Source: Alphaproteobacteria bacterium | GTDB lineage: Bacteria > Pseudomonadota > Alphaproteobacteria > UBA7887 | DNA length: 64,000 nucleotides | Direction: 5' to 3' | Assembly (NCBI GenBank): GCA_965216755.1 | Contig: CBDCGL010000011.1 | Coordinates: 4,704,001 to 4,768,000, forward strand | Shown: positions 32,407 to 41,116 of the stretch, in pieces | How the letters are laid out: every line of letters starts with the position of its first letter | Numbering within the stretch: the stretch's first letter is position 1 | Program-made: the position numbers and the translations under genes | The notes under the pieces: generated by a model | Database searches by the model: none | What the model was told of the DNA's origin: nothing | The model's input: only the letters and a program-made list of their open reading frames with translations

Positions 32407-33450
32407 TCAGCCTGTTCGTGCGACCAGAGGACTGGAGCGGTTCCGACGTTTCCACATGTCCGTCGCCGCTTCCCGCGCCTCGGCCATGTTGTGTGTGCGT
32501 CCAAGCAGCTTCCACGCGATTGCCGTTGTGCCGACGATCGCTGCCGTAGGTCCCTGTAAATCGATGTCGCCGCGCCACAGTGCGCCGAGGCGCGCCGGAT
32601 CCGGCGGCTCGTCGCGCCACCGCGTGCGCGCGCCGGGCGTTAGGGCGGGCCATGTTTCTTCATGCGCAATGCCATCGCGCAGGCCGACAACGTGGCAGGG
32701 CTTGTCCGGGTTTGTCTGTGCCTCGCCGCCACCGCCCTTGAACGCGGCCAGGTTATTTTGCCCCAGAGCCATAGCCGTTTGTGCGTGCGTGGACAGATAG
32801 TTGGGGTGAAAGACACCCAATATTTGTGCCGGCGCGCGAAGCGGGTTGAGCGCGCGGCAAAATGTGTTCGCCGCCGTGCGCACGCCAAGCTGAGGCCTAA
32901 ACGCAAATAGCCGATCAACCTCAGGCGCGATATCGCCGATCAAGGCAAAAGCGAAACCGGTGCGCGCCATGGCCTGTGCCGCTTCGTTGAGTGAGGCACT
33001 GGGCATGATGCCCAGTTGCGCCAACGCCCGCGCCGTCGTCACACAACCATCCTCGTGGCCGCGCAAGCCGTGCATCAGGATGTGCACGCCGTTTTGTGCC
33101 AGCAGCAGCGCGGACAGCACGAACCACGGCAGCTGTTTGTGTCGGTCGGCGTAAGAGGGCCAGTCAAGGTCGGGTGGTGTGGGCGTGGCGATGGGGCGCA
33201 TGCGCTGCCGGGCGGCCTCGACGAAACCTGCCAGCTCGTCCGGGCTCTCCTTGCGATAGCGCAACACCAAAAGGAAAGCACCGACCTGAAGCGGCGCCGC
33301 GGTTTGGTCTAAGATCATGCCCATGGCAGCCCGGGCTTCGTCGCGGGTCAGTGCCCTCGATCGTCCGGGGCCGCGCCCAATCGTACGCACATACGCGGCG
33401 AATGCGTCTTCTCTGGCTGTTTGCGCGTTGTCCGCGTTGTGTTCCGACAT
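32407..33450 (-). CDS. Glycosyltransferase family 3 / YbiB-like protein
   Basis: GRGPG.SRALT..EA..AM, QVGAFL..LR...ES..ELAGF, DLDWPSYA, GVFHP.Y, KGGGGE. Confidence 0.85.
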   Translation of the reverse strand: MSEHNADNAQTAREDAFAAYVRTIGRGPGRSRALTRDEARAAMGMILDQTAAPLQVGAFLLVLRYRKESPDELAGFVEAARQRMRPIATPTPPDLDWPSYADRHKQLPWFVLSALLLAQNGVHILMHGLRGHEDGCVTTARALAQLGIMPSASLNEAAQAMARTGFAFALIGDIAPEVDRLFAFRPQLGVRTAANTFCRALNPLRAPAQILGVFHPNYLSTHAQTAMALGQNNLAAFKGGGGEAQTNPDKPCHVVGLRDGIAHEETWPALTPGARTRWRDEPPDPARLGALWRGDIDLQGPTAAIVGTTAIAWKLLGRTHNMAEAREAATDMWKRRNRSSPLVARTG

Positions 33451-33613
33451 TGGGCCCCAGTGTTGCCAGTCTTGGTCAATTTGCCAAGATTTTTGCGATG
33501 GCGCGCAGGGAGACCTTCGGCTGGCTGGACACTGGTCTCAATATCACGCGCTTGGCCAACATGGCGGCGCATGCGAGCCTAAGCCACGTATGCGTGGGAG
33601 CGAGGAGGCGTGA

Positions 33614-35188
33614 ATGGCAACGGGGCGGGGAGATCACAGCGACGGGTGGCAAGCGGAAGTCGACACACTGGCCGACCGCCTGCGACGCGCGCGCGAGATG
33701 GGCGGAGCGGAAAAAATCGCCCGTCAACGCGCCGCCGGACGGATGACCGTGCGCGAGCGGATCGACGCCCTGCTGGACCCGGATAGTTTCCACGAAATCG
33801 GTGCCATCGCAGGGCGCGCGCTTTATGACGACGATGGCGTGTTGCAGGACTTTACTGCGTCGAACATCGTCTTTGGCCGTGGGCGGATCAGCGGCCGCCC
33901 GACGGTGGTGGTCGGCGACGATTTCACCATCCGGGGTGGGGCCGCGGACGCCAGTATCCACGCCAAGCAAATCGCCGCCGAACAAATGGCCAATGAATTG
34001 CGATTGCCCATCGTCCGTTTGGTGGAGGGTACGGGCGGCGGTGGCTCGGTGAAATCGGTCGAAATGGATGGTTACACATATGTGCCGGCGAATCCCGGCT
34101 GGAATTGGGTCGTCGACAACATGGCGACCGTGCCCGTGGTGTCTCTGGCTCTCGGGCCCGTGGCCGGCCTGGGCGCAGCCCGCATGGTCGCCAGCCATTA
34201 TTCGGTCATGGTGAAGGAGCTGTCGCAAATATTCGTGGCAGGTCCGCCCGTCGTGGCGCAGGTCGCGCAAAGCGTGACAAAAGAAGAGTTGGGCGGCGCG
34301 GCGATCCACGGCAGCAACGGCGTTGTCGACGATGTCGTCGAGTCAGAACAGGAGGCGTTCGCCAAGGCCCGGCGCTTTTTGTCATACATGCCCCAATCGG
34401 TGGACCAGCTTGCCGCGCGCGGCGCCGTGACGGACGCGCCCGGACGGCGCGAAGACTGGTTGATCAAGGCCGTGCCGCGCAATCGCCGACGCGTTTACAA
34501 AGTGCGCCCGATTATCGAGGCAATTGTTGACCAAGAAAGCTTTTTTGAGATCGGCGCCGGCTACGGGCGCTCGATCGTTGCCGGGCTCGCCCGCTTGGAC
34601 GGCTGGCCCGTCGGCGTCGTCGCGACGGACCCCTACGTGTTTGGGGGCGCCTGGACGGCCGACGCATCGTTTAAACTGATGCGTTTTGTCGATACGGCCG
34701 AAACGTTCCATTTGCCGGTGGTGCATTTCGTTGATTGCCCAGGCTTTATGATCGGTGTCGAGTCCGAGAAGGCCGCAACGATACGGCATGGGACGCGGGC
34801 CTTGTCGGCGATCTATCAGGCCACCGTGCCCTGGTGTTCGGTGATATTGCGTCGCGCCTTCGGTGTCGCCGGGGCCGCGCATGGCAACCACACGCGCTTT
34901 CATTATCGTTTCGCCTGGCCGTCGGGAGATTGGGGGTCGTTGCCGCTCGAGGGTGGCATTGAAGCGGCATACAAGGCCGATCTGGCCGAAAGCGACGATC
35001 CAGACGCCTTGCGCGCGGATATTGAACGGCGCCTCAATCATGTGCGCTCGCCGTTTCGGACCGCCGAACGTTTCGGTGTCGAAGACCTCATCGATCCGCG
35101 CGACACGCGACCCCTGCTGTGCGAGTTTGCCAATCTGGCGGCACCCTTACGGAAATTGGGATCGCGGCAGTTTGGCATGCGTCCCTAA
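33614..35188 (+). CDS. Acyl-CoA carboxylase carboxyltransferase subunit
   Basis: GRMTVRERI..LLD..SF.E.G, DDFTIRGG, FVDCPGF. Confidence 0.92.
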   Translation: MATGRGDHSDGWQAEVDTLADRLRRAREMGGAEKIARQRAAGRMTVRERIDALLDPDSFHEIGAIAGRALYDDDGVLQDFTASNIVFGRGRISGRPTVVVGDDFTIRGGAADASIHAKQIAAEQMANELRLPIVRLVEGTGGGGSVKSVEMDGYTYVPANPGWNWVVDNMATVPVVSLALGPVAGLGAARMVASHYSVMVKELSQIFVAGPPVVAQVAQSVTKEELGGAAIHGSNGVVDDVVESEQEAFAKARRFLSYMPQSVDQLAARGAVTDAPGRREDWLIKAVPRNRRRVYKVRPIIEAIVDQESFFEIGAGYGRSIVAGLARLDGWPVGVVATDPYVFGGAWTADASFKLMRFVDTAETFHLPVVHFVDCPGFMIGVESEKAATIRHGTRALSAIYQATVPWCSVILRRAFGVAGAAHGNHTRFHYRFAWPSGDWGSLPLEGGIEAAYKADLAESDDPDALRADIERRLNHVRSPFRTAERFGVEDLIDPRDTRPLLCEFANLAAPLRKLGSRQFGMRP

Positions 35189-35604
35189 GGGCGTTCGGCC
35201 CTGTCGCCGTCGCCGGCCTCGCGCGCCGCGCCGAGGATACGGGACACGGCGAAGAAATGGGTACGACATGATTCAAGATTGCGGCGGGCGACGCCAAGGT
35301 CGTCGTAGAGCTGGCACAACCAAGCCTCCCGCCGTTTGTCATCCAGCGGCTCCAGCGCGCCATTCGCGGCGGCGGCCTTGAAGCTTCGTATGGCGCGCAG
35401 GCGCTTGCGCAACTGGTCTTCGGCGGTGGCCAAGGCACTGCGCGCTTCACGGTAGGCGTGACGATCGGTGCCGCCCGCGATAAGCTCGGGTGGTATGGGC
35501 CCATCAAATCGCGTTTCCAGTTCTGCGAGGCGGCGAAGATCCCCGTCGGGTGGACTCTCGTCCCACAGCCTTATGGCCACAACAGGCCTCGGTCGGCGAT
35601 CCAC
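35185..35604 (-). CDS. Hypothetical protein, probably repressor-controlled
   Basis: 139-aa ORF; upstream promoter shares an operator-like palindrome with the Q-like gene promoter. Confidence 0.55.
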   Translation of the reverse strand: MDRRPRPVVAIRLWDESPPDGDLRRLAELETRFDGPIPPELIAGGTDRHAYREARSALATAEDQLRKRLRAIRSFKAAAANGALEPLDDKRREAWLCQLYDDLGVARRNLESCRTHFFAVSRILGAAREAGDGDRAERP

Positions 35605-35687
35605 TCACAATCCGACCAATCCGCCAAGGCCCAGATCAAATCCCTCGTCATCTACCTATCTCCTGAATTGACAATCAGCTTGAAAGC

Positions 35688-35716
35688 AACGTAAGTGTAA
35701 CTTACTTTAATGTCAA
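35688..35716 (-). promoter_or_regulatory. Sigma70-like promoter containing operator palindrome GTAAG-N5-CTTAC
   Basis: Minus strand TTGACA-17-TACGTT; GTAAGTGTAACTTAC at 35691-35705. Confidence 0.65.
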
Positions 35717-36010
35717 GTATTGCTTTCTTAAAGGTTAGCGGAATAGTAAGGGCAGGGCACGGCTGCGCGACGATTCGCGGCGCGTCGCTTTCGTGATTCG
35801 TTGCGGGTGTCGGGTGGGAGGGTAGGGATGGGCGGCGCGCAAGCAGGCGTCGGTGTCGGCGGCGTCCTGCGGGTCGATGCCGCGTTCACGACATAGATAG
35901 ACCGATCCGCGCGTATTGGCGGTCCGCGCTTCGACGCAGCTCAGGCGGCCAAGGCGAATCCCATGCGGCCCGGCGGTGCGCCTGGCGCCAAAAAAGCGAA
36001 GTCTTGCAAA

Positions 36011-36700
36011 CTATCGAATGCGCAAATTGCGGCGATAGCGGCGGTGCTCGACCATGGTTCCGATAATACGCGTGTCGCCATCGGGTTCGATGATCGTGGT
36101 CGGCCAATCGCTGTTGGCAGGTACGAGTTCGATCAGATAGGGGTGGCGGTCACCGCGCACCATGCGGTATTTGCGCAAATAGGCGTACGGGTAATTTGGC
36201 AGCTTTGCCAATACGATATCGCCGGGGTCGGGAGGTACGTCGGGGTCGATGACAACGCGGTCGCCGGTACGGATCTCGGGATCCATGCTGTCATCGGTAA
36301 CGGAAAAACCAAAGGCTCGATTGCCGACCACGACATCCGGCACAATTGTCGCCACGGTTGCGCCCAAATGGCGGACGACGGGATTCGGCCAATCGGCGGC
36401 CGAAAGATGGTCAAAAACATACAGCGCGCCTTGCTCGATTGGCGGCAGCTTGCCGGGCTCCTCGATCGGCAATTCCCGACCATCCGTATCTTGCATCGGG
36501 CCCTGATCGTTCGCCAGCCAAGATATATTGACGTTGTACATTAAGGCCAGATCAAGCAAGCGCGAACTGACCGGCGACGTCTTGCCGTTTTCCCACTGAG
36601 AGATCGATGAGCGGGTGACCGACAGCTGTTGGGCGACTTGGTCTTGGGAGAGGCCGGCACGCTGCCGGGCAAAGCGAAGACGTTCAGCCAAAGTTGACAT
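36011..36700 (-). CDS. CI/LexA-like repressor (XRE HTH + S24-like domain)
   Basis: ERLRFAR...GLSQ.QVA....VTRSSISQWENG; V.DDSM.P....GD.VVIDP...P.PGDIVLA; L.P.N..WP; IIG.MVE. Confidence 0.92.
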   Translation of the reverse strand: MSTLAERLRFARQRAGLSQDQVAQQLSVTRSSISQWENGKTSPVSSRLLDLALMYNVNISWLANDQGPMQDTDGRELPIEEPGKLPPIEQGALYVFDHLSAADWPNPVVRHLGATVATIVPDVVVGNRAFGFSVTDDSMDPEIRTGDRVVIDPDVPPDPGDIVLAKLPNYPYAYLRKYRMVRGDRHPYLIELVPANSDWPTTIIEPDGDTRIIGTMVEHRRYRRNLRIR

Positions 36701-36747
36701 AGCCGAAAGATGTGAGCGGATCTACCGCCTGTCACTGATAGAATCAC

Positions 36748-36776
36748 TTGACAAAGAGGTAAGACTTACTTAACAT
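36748..36776 (+). promoter_or_regulatory. Sigma70-like promoter with operator GTAAG-N5-CTTAA
   Basis: TTGACA(36748)-17-TAACAT; GTAAGACTTACTTAA at 36759-36773. Confidence 0.7.
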
Positions 36777-36801
36777 CCAATCTGGATAGGGCCACGGCGG
36801 T

Positions 36802-37236
36802 GTGTGCTGGGGCCAAACGTGGACAGAGGAGATAGAGATGGAGTGCGCCTCGGGTTGTGGCAGGACGGTTCCGTCAAGAGACATGGCCGCGCGCTTGGCG
36901 ACGGCCGCGGATACACTCAAGCGGCTACCGGCGTCGGGGCTGCGTCCGCACGGCGTGCGCAGCGCCTGGCCCGATGTGGTGCGTTCAGTTCAAGAGGCTT
37001 ATGGCTATGAACGTGCGCGGATGCGTCCGCCACCGCCAACGCCGGAGGCGATTGACGATCTGGACCGCTGTTTGGATTTGGTCAGAACGCTGAGCCCGGA
37101 CGACCAGCGGTTGGTGTGGGCGCGCGCCCTTGGCGCCCGTTGGCAGCCCTTGTGTCGCAAATTCGGAGTTAGTCGCAGCACCCTGTGGCGGCGTTGGGCG
37201 ATGGCGTTGGAAGCTCTTTCCAAAGTAAACGAATAA
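36802..37236 (+). CDS. DUF6362-like HTH protein, putative Q-like antiterminator/late activator
   Basis: RL..AADTL.RLP..., SAWP, PPP.P.AI, LVWARA.G..W..L....G.SR.T..RRW; followed by a promoter and terminator. Confidence 0.75.
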   Translation: MCWGQTWTEEIEMECASGCGRTVPSRDMAARLATAADTLKRLPASGLRPHGVRSAWPDVVRSVQEAYGYERARMRPPPPTPEAIDDLDRCLDLVRTLSPDDQRLVWARALGARWQPLCRKFGVSRSTLWRRWAMALEALSKVNE

Positions 37237-37241
37237 ATAGC

Positions 37242-37270
37242 TTGACAGAGAAATAACATTTTAGTATACG
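37242..37270 (+). promoter_or_regulatory. Putative late promoter (PR'-like)
   Basis: TTGACA-17-TATACG just after the Q-like stop codon. Confidence 0.65.
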
Positions 37271-37392
37271 AAACATCGTAATCTGACGCAAATCAGGCGC
37301 GGTATCGCAAGCCACGTCTGTTGTAGACGCTGAATTGCGTTCAATTGCGATTTGGCGCGTGCGCATCGCGTTTGATTGATTGCATGGTCCAG

Positions 37393-37423
37393 AAGCCTCG
37401 TCGACATACCGGCGGGGCTTTTT
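37393..37423 (+). terminator. Intrinsic terminator (tR'-like)
   Basis: AAGCCTCGTCG/CGGCGGGGCTT stem followed by a T run. Confidence 0.75.
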
Positions 37424-37428
37424 CGCGA

Positions 37429-37544
37429 CCTGAATGTGCGGCCGACGTTTGTGGCCGAAGCTGTGACTTAAGCAAGTGGCTTAGGTTTGTAGCCTAAGTT
37501 TGTAGTCTGCGTTTGCAACCTAAGTTTATCGCCTAAGTGGGGCG
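37429..37544. repeat. About 9 degenerate 13-bp tandem repeats, consensus CCTAAGTTTGTRG
   Basis: Units start at 37429, 37442, 37455, 37467, 37480, 37493, 37506, 37519, 37532. Confidence 0.7.
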
Positions 37545-37644
37545 TGCCGATTGCGGCACGCCCCTTTTCGTTTGGCATCGAGAGCGATCTCTAGCGGCGT
37601 AATTGTGCGCCGCCGAGGTCGCGTCTGACCCAGAGCACCCGCAT

Positions 37645-38883
37645 ATGTTTATCCCTTTTATGCCGCCGACGTTGGCGCAACGTGCCGCAATGGTCGAAGC
37701 ACTTTTGGCGCCACCGGCGCCGATGCTGCCAATGATCACGCCGGATTCGCCGATTGGCCGACCGGCGCAACCGGCAGTTCCGTTTGGGGCACCGTTCGGT
37801 GCCTTCGCGCCAATCGGTCCGGGCACGCCACCAGTATCCGAGAACGCGCACCGGCCGGGACCGTCAGCATTTGCCGGGCCATTATTTGGCGTGCCAATAC
37901 CGACGCCACCGCTGCCTCCGGTCATTCCGTCGCGGCAGGCCATGGTGGAGGCGCTTTTACCCGGGGCCGTCGTGAGCAGCTTCGAAGGCACGCCGACGGC
38001 GCCCGGTGCGCGGGTCGCCCCGGCTTCGCCGCCAAACTCGATGCAGCGCGCCATGGTGGAGGCGCTGTCACCGGATGTCGCCAAGTTCTTTGGATTTTCG
38101 CCGAACGGAGGCCCTGATGGCCCGGGCGCAACGCATCGAACGCCGACGAACCCACGGTTCCTTCCCAATCTCATTCTTGCCTCAGTCGGCCGCGATGAGC
38201 CACCGCCACCACAGAGTGTGGATGTGTTCAGTGATTTGCTTAAGCAAGGTGAGCCGGAGAGGTTATGGCGGGAGCCGTCAAATCCGACGCAACGAGAAAT
38301 CGGAGAGTTCATACTTTCGATCGCCCCGGGGGTCGGCGAGGTGATGTCGGCGATGGAAGCATATGACGCCTATAAAACTGCTTATGCGGCTTTGCAAGAC
38401 GGTGATACCCAGCGCGCTTTGGTTGCGGCGGCAAAGGGCACAACGGCATTGTTTTCGGTCATTCCCGTTTTCGGCCGCACTGTCAAGCTCTCGAAACTGG
38501 GTGTGATCCTCGCGCTGCGGCTCTTCGACCACGCTGACTACAAAGGTCCACAAATCAAGGAGGGGGAGGCGGGTGGCGAAAGTGCGAGCAGAAATTTCCC
38601 AAAAAAGGAAAAAGAGGCGACTAAGGTTCGCGACATTACAAGCACATGCGTATTTTGTCGGCAAGCGGGCGTCGGGGTCCAAGTGGATCATGCCCACCCA
38701 AAAGCGCGCGGCGGCAACGCAACGGAAGCGAACGCACAATTGGCCTGCGCCCATTGCAATCCGTCTAAGCGCGATCGAGACGTGCCTGTCAATCCCCCAC
38801 CCGGATGGCAAGGTGATTGGCCACCATACTGGATTGCAAAATGGCCGGAACTGCGGGGTATAGGTTTGCGGGTCCCGAGGTAA
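37645..38883 (+). CDS. Putative polymorphic toxin 1: Pro-rich N-terminus, helical pre-toxin domain, C-terminal HNH nuclease
   Basis: CVFC...QVDH.HP.ARGG.....NAQLAC.HCN.SK; followed by DUF4265-like genes; start uncertain. Confidence 0.8.
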   Translation: MFIPFMPPTLAQRAAMVEALLAPPAPMLPMITPDSPIGRPAQPAVPFGAPFGAFAPIGPGTPPVSENAHRPGPSAFAGPLFGVPIPTPPLPPVIPSRQAMVEALLPGAVVSSFEGTPTAPGARVAPASPPNSMQRAMVEALSPDVAKFFGFSPNGGPDGPGATHRTPTNPRFLPNLILASVGRDEPPPPQSVDVFSDLLKQGEPERLWREPSNPTQREIGEFILSIAPGVGEVMSAMEAYDAYKTAYAALQDGDTQRALVAAAKGTTALFSVIPVFGRTVKLSKLGVILALRLFDHADYKGPQIKEGEAGGESASRNFPKKEKEATKVRDITSTCVFCRQAGVGVQVDHAHPKARGGNATEANAQLACAHCNPSKRDRDVPVNPPPGWQGDWPPYWIAKWPELRGIGLRVPR

Positions 38884-39117
38884 AATGGAACGGTGCGTCG
38901 TGAGGGTTCGGCACACTGAGGAGAAAATAATTTCTGTGCTGGGTCCTATCTCAATCCATCATTTCAGTTGTTGAGATCGCGCAAGGATTGAATTACTTTG
39001 ATGACAATTCAATCGCTGTCGCGTAGATGTAAATTCAACTGTATCTCGCGAATCAATGATGCGAATAGAATATTTGAGCAAAGAATCCTGTAGAGGATAA
39101 ACAAAAAGGAAATCCGT

Positions 39118-39600
39118 GTGGGAAAATACAAAATATTCGAGCATTCTCTGCCACTGTGGGAAGACAAAGGCACGACCGTCGTCCTCGCTTACGTAACTGA
39201 TGATGAGGACAAGAATGAGTGGGAAGCCCTTTGGGCGCGTCAGATTAGAAAAGATCACTATGAAATTTGCTGTATACCATTCTTTGCCTATAAAATTGCC
39301 TTAGGCGATATTGTCCGGACCAATTCGAGACGGGCCGTGGTGGGCGTCGCTGAGCCTTCTGGTCGGTCCGTGTTTCGGGTCTACTTTAAGCCGGAATTTG
39401 ATGCAAGCACGCGAGAAGCGCGCATTCGAGATGTATTGAACGGTATCGCGGACTTAGGTGGCGAAATGGAATTCTACCATGAGGATCTTCTCGGTATTGA
39501 CGCGAAGAACAAGGATATCGCTAACAAAGTCGTTGAGTTCCTGAAGGAATGGGAAGGTAACACAGAGTTATTATTATACGAGCACGGCAAATATCCATGA
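39118..39600 (+). CDS. DUF4265-like putative immunity protein, copy 1
   Basis: E.LWA.....YEICCIPFFAY.IALGD.V....SGRSVFRV.F; low GC; downstream of the HNH toxin. Confidence 0.75.
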   Translation: MGKYKIFEHSLPLWEDKGTTVVLAYVTDDEDKNEWEALWARQIRKDHYEICCIPFFAYKIALGDIVRTNSRRAVVGVAEPSGRSVFRVYFKPEFDASTREARIRDVLNGIADLGGEMEFYHEDLLGIDAKNKDIANKVVEFLKEWEGNTELLLYEHGKYP

Positions 39601-39870
39601 ATATCAACATCGTGGTCGGGGCCCGATTTCAGCGACTGTTAACCTAATGCATCATACTTCGCAGACTATGTTTTAAAATCACAATTTGTGCGTTTGGTAA
39701 TGTGTCACCGTAATCCAAAGTTTCGCACGTCGAGAAAAGGTGTTTCTGGAGCGGGTCAGGGCGCGGTCTTGCGAACGCCGGGTGTTTGATGCGGTTTACG
39801 TCGACATAGGGCGATAGCGGCACGGTGTTTTTGCAAGAAATCCTGTGGGCATCCAACAAGAGGTTCCCGC

Positions 39871-40353
39871 GTGAAAAAATACAAAATATTTAAGCATTCC
39901 CTGCCATTGTGGCATGACAAAGTCGATTCCTTCATCATGGCTGACGTAACTGATGATGAGGACGAAGATCAGTGGGAGAAGATCTGGACACGTCGCGTTG
40001 AGAAGGAGCGCTATGAAATCTGCTGCATACCATTCTTCACCTATAAAATTGCCTTGGGCGACATCGTCCGTGCAGATTGGATGGGGGCTTTCAGATGGGT
40101 TGTCGAGCCCTCCGGTCGGTCCGTGTTTCGGGTCTATTTTGAGCCGGAATTCGATCCAAGCACGCGAGAAGCGCGCATTCGAGATGTTTTGAACGGTATC
40201 GCTGACTTAGGTGGCGAAATGGAATTCTACAATGAGGACCTCCTCGCTATTGACGCAAAGAACAAGGATATCGCTGACAAAGTCATAGAGTTTCTGAAGG
40301 AATGGGAAGATAATACCGAACTGCTGGAGTATGAGCACGGCAAGTATCCTTGA
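39871..40353 (+). CDS. DUF4265-like putative immunity protein, copy 2
   Basis: About 76% identical to copy 1 by manual count; 753-bp offset. Confidence 0.75.
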   Translation: MKKYKIFKHSLPLWHDKVDSFIMADVTDDEDEDQWEKIWTRRVEKERYEICCIPFFTYKIALGDIVRADWMGAFRWVVEPSGRSVFRVYFEPEFDPSTREARIRDVLNGIADLGGEMEFYNEDLLAIDAKNKDIADKVIEFLKEWEDNTELLEYEHGKYP

Positions 40354-40579
40354 ATATCAACATCCTGGTCGCGGTCAAATTACGGTGACAGTTTACTAAA
40401 TGCATCGTACTTTGGAGACTTTGTTTCATGCTGACAGTTTGTGCATTTAGTAAACTGTCACCGAAATACCGAAACGCCGAAATGGCGCAGACTTCACAGT
40501 GTGGAGCGCATACAAAAAAATAGCTAGACACATAATACACAATTTGCTATAGTGCGAATGTTAAGTGGGGAGACGTATC

Positions 40580-40615
40580 GCCTCGGCGCCGAATTGGTGT
40601 CGGGGCTTTTTGTTT
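40580..40615 (+). terminator. Intrinsic terminator before the terminase genes
   Basis: GCCTCGGCGCCG/TGGTGTCGGGGC plus TTTTTGTTT. Confidence 0.7.
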
Positions 40616-40774
40616 GCCGGCGCTAGGAGCCGTCGCACAACGCGGCGGACATCGTTTCAGGGCCGGCAGCCAAATAGGCGAGCCAATCCCCAGGAAAAGG
40701 CGTGGATTGGCGGGATAATGGATCGCGGAGGCGGGGCCAGGATCCGACGAGAGGTGGCGGCGACAGCGGGGGGT

Positions 40775-41116
40775 ATGGAGCATAATGGCGTGAACCAAAA
40801 TGACGATGGCGAGCAGGGGTTGCGAGACATTGTACGGCGTCACGTTCATGTGGCGGTACGCGCGCTGGTGGCTATTTGCGAAGATGAAAACGTACAAGCA
40901 AGCACCCGAGTGGCGGCGGCGAATGCCGTGTTGGATCGGGCTTATGGTCGGCCGCCACAGGCGGTTGAGGTCCATGGCCACAGGGATGTTGCGGACCTAA
41001 GTGATGGAGAGCTTGCGGCAATCATTCAATCCGAAAGCCATCGCGGCGGCGCGCGAACTGTTGGCAAGGCGGCGGGCAAGAAACGCGTTCGCCGCGTTCG
41101 TCGCTCGCGTGACTGA
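40775..41116 (+). CDS. Probable terminase small subunit
   Basis: AVRALV.I......RVAAANAVLDRAYGRPPQ...LSD.EL..I; overlaps the large terminase start. Confidence 0.7.
   Translation: MEHNGVNQNDDGEQGLRDIVRRHVHVAVRALVAICEDENVQASTRVAAANAVLDRAYGRPPQAVEVHGHRDVADLSDGELAAIIQSESHRGGARTVGKAAGKKRVRRVRRSRD

Noticed and set aside
37429-37544. 13-bp array as CRISPR
   Set aside because: Units are contiguous with no spacers, too short and degenerate; no cas genes
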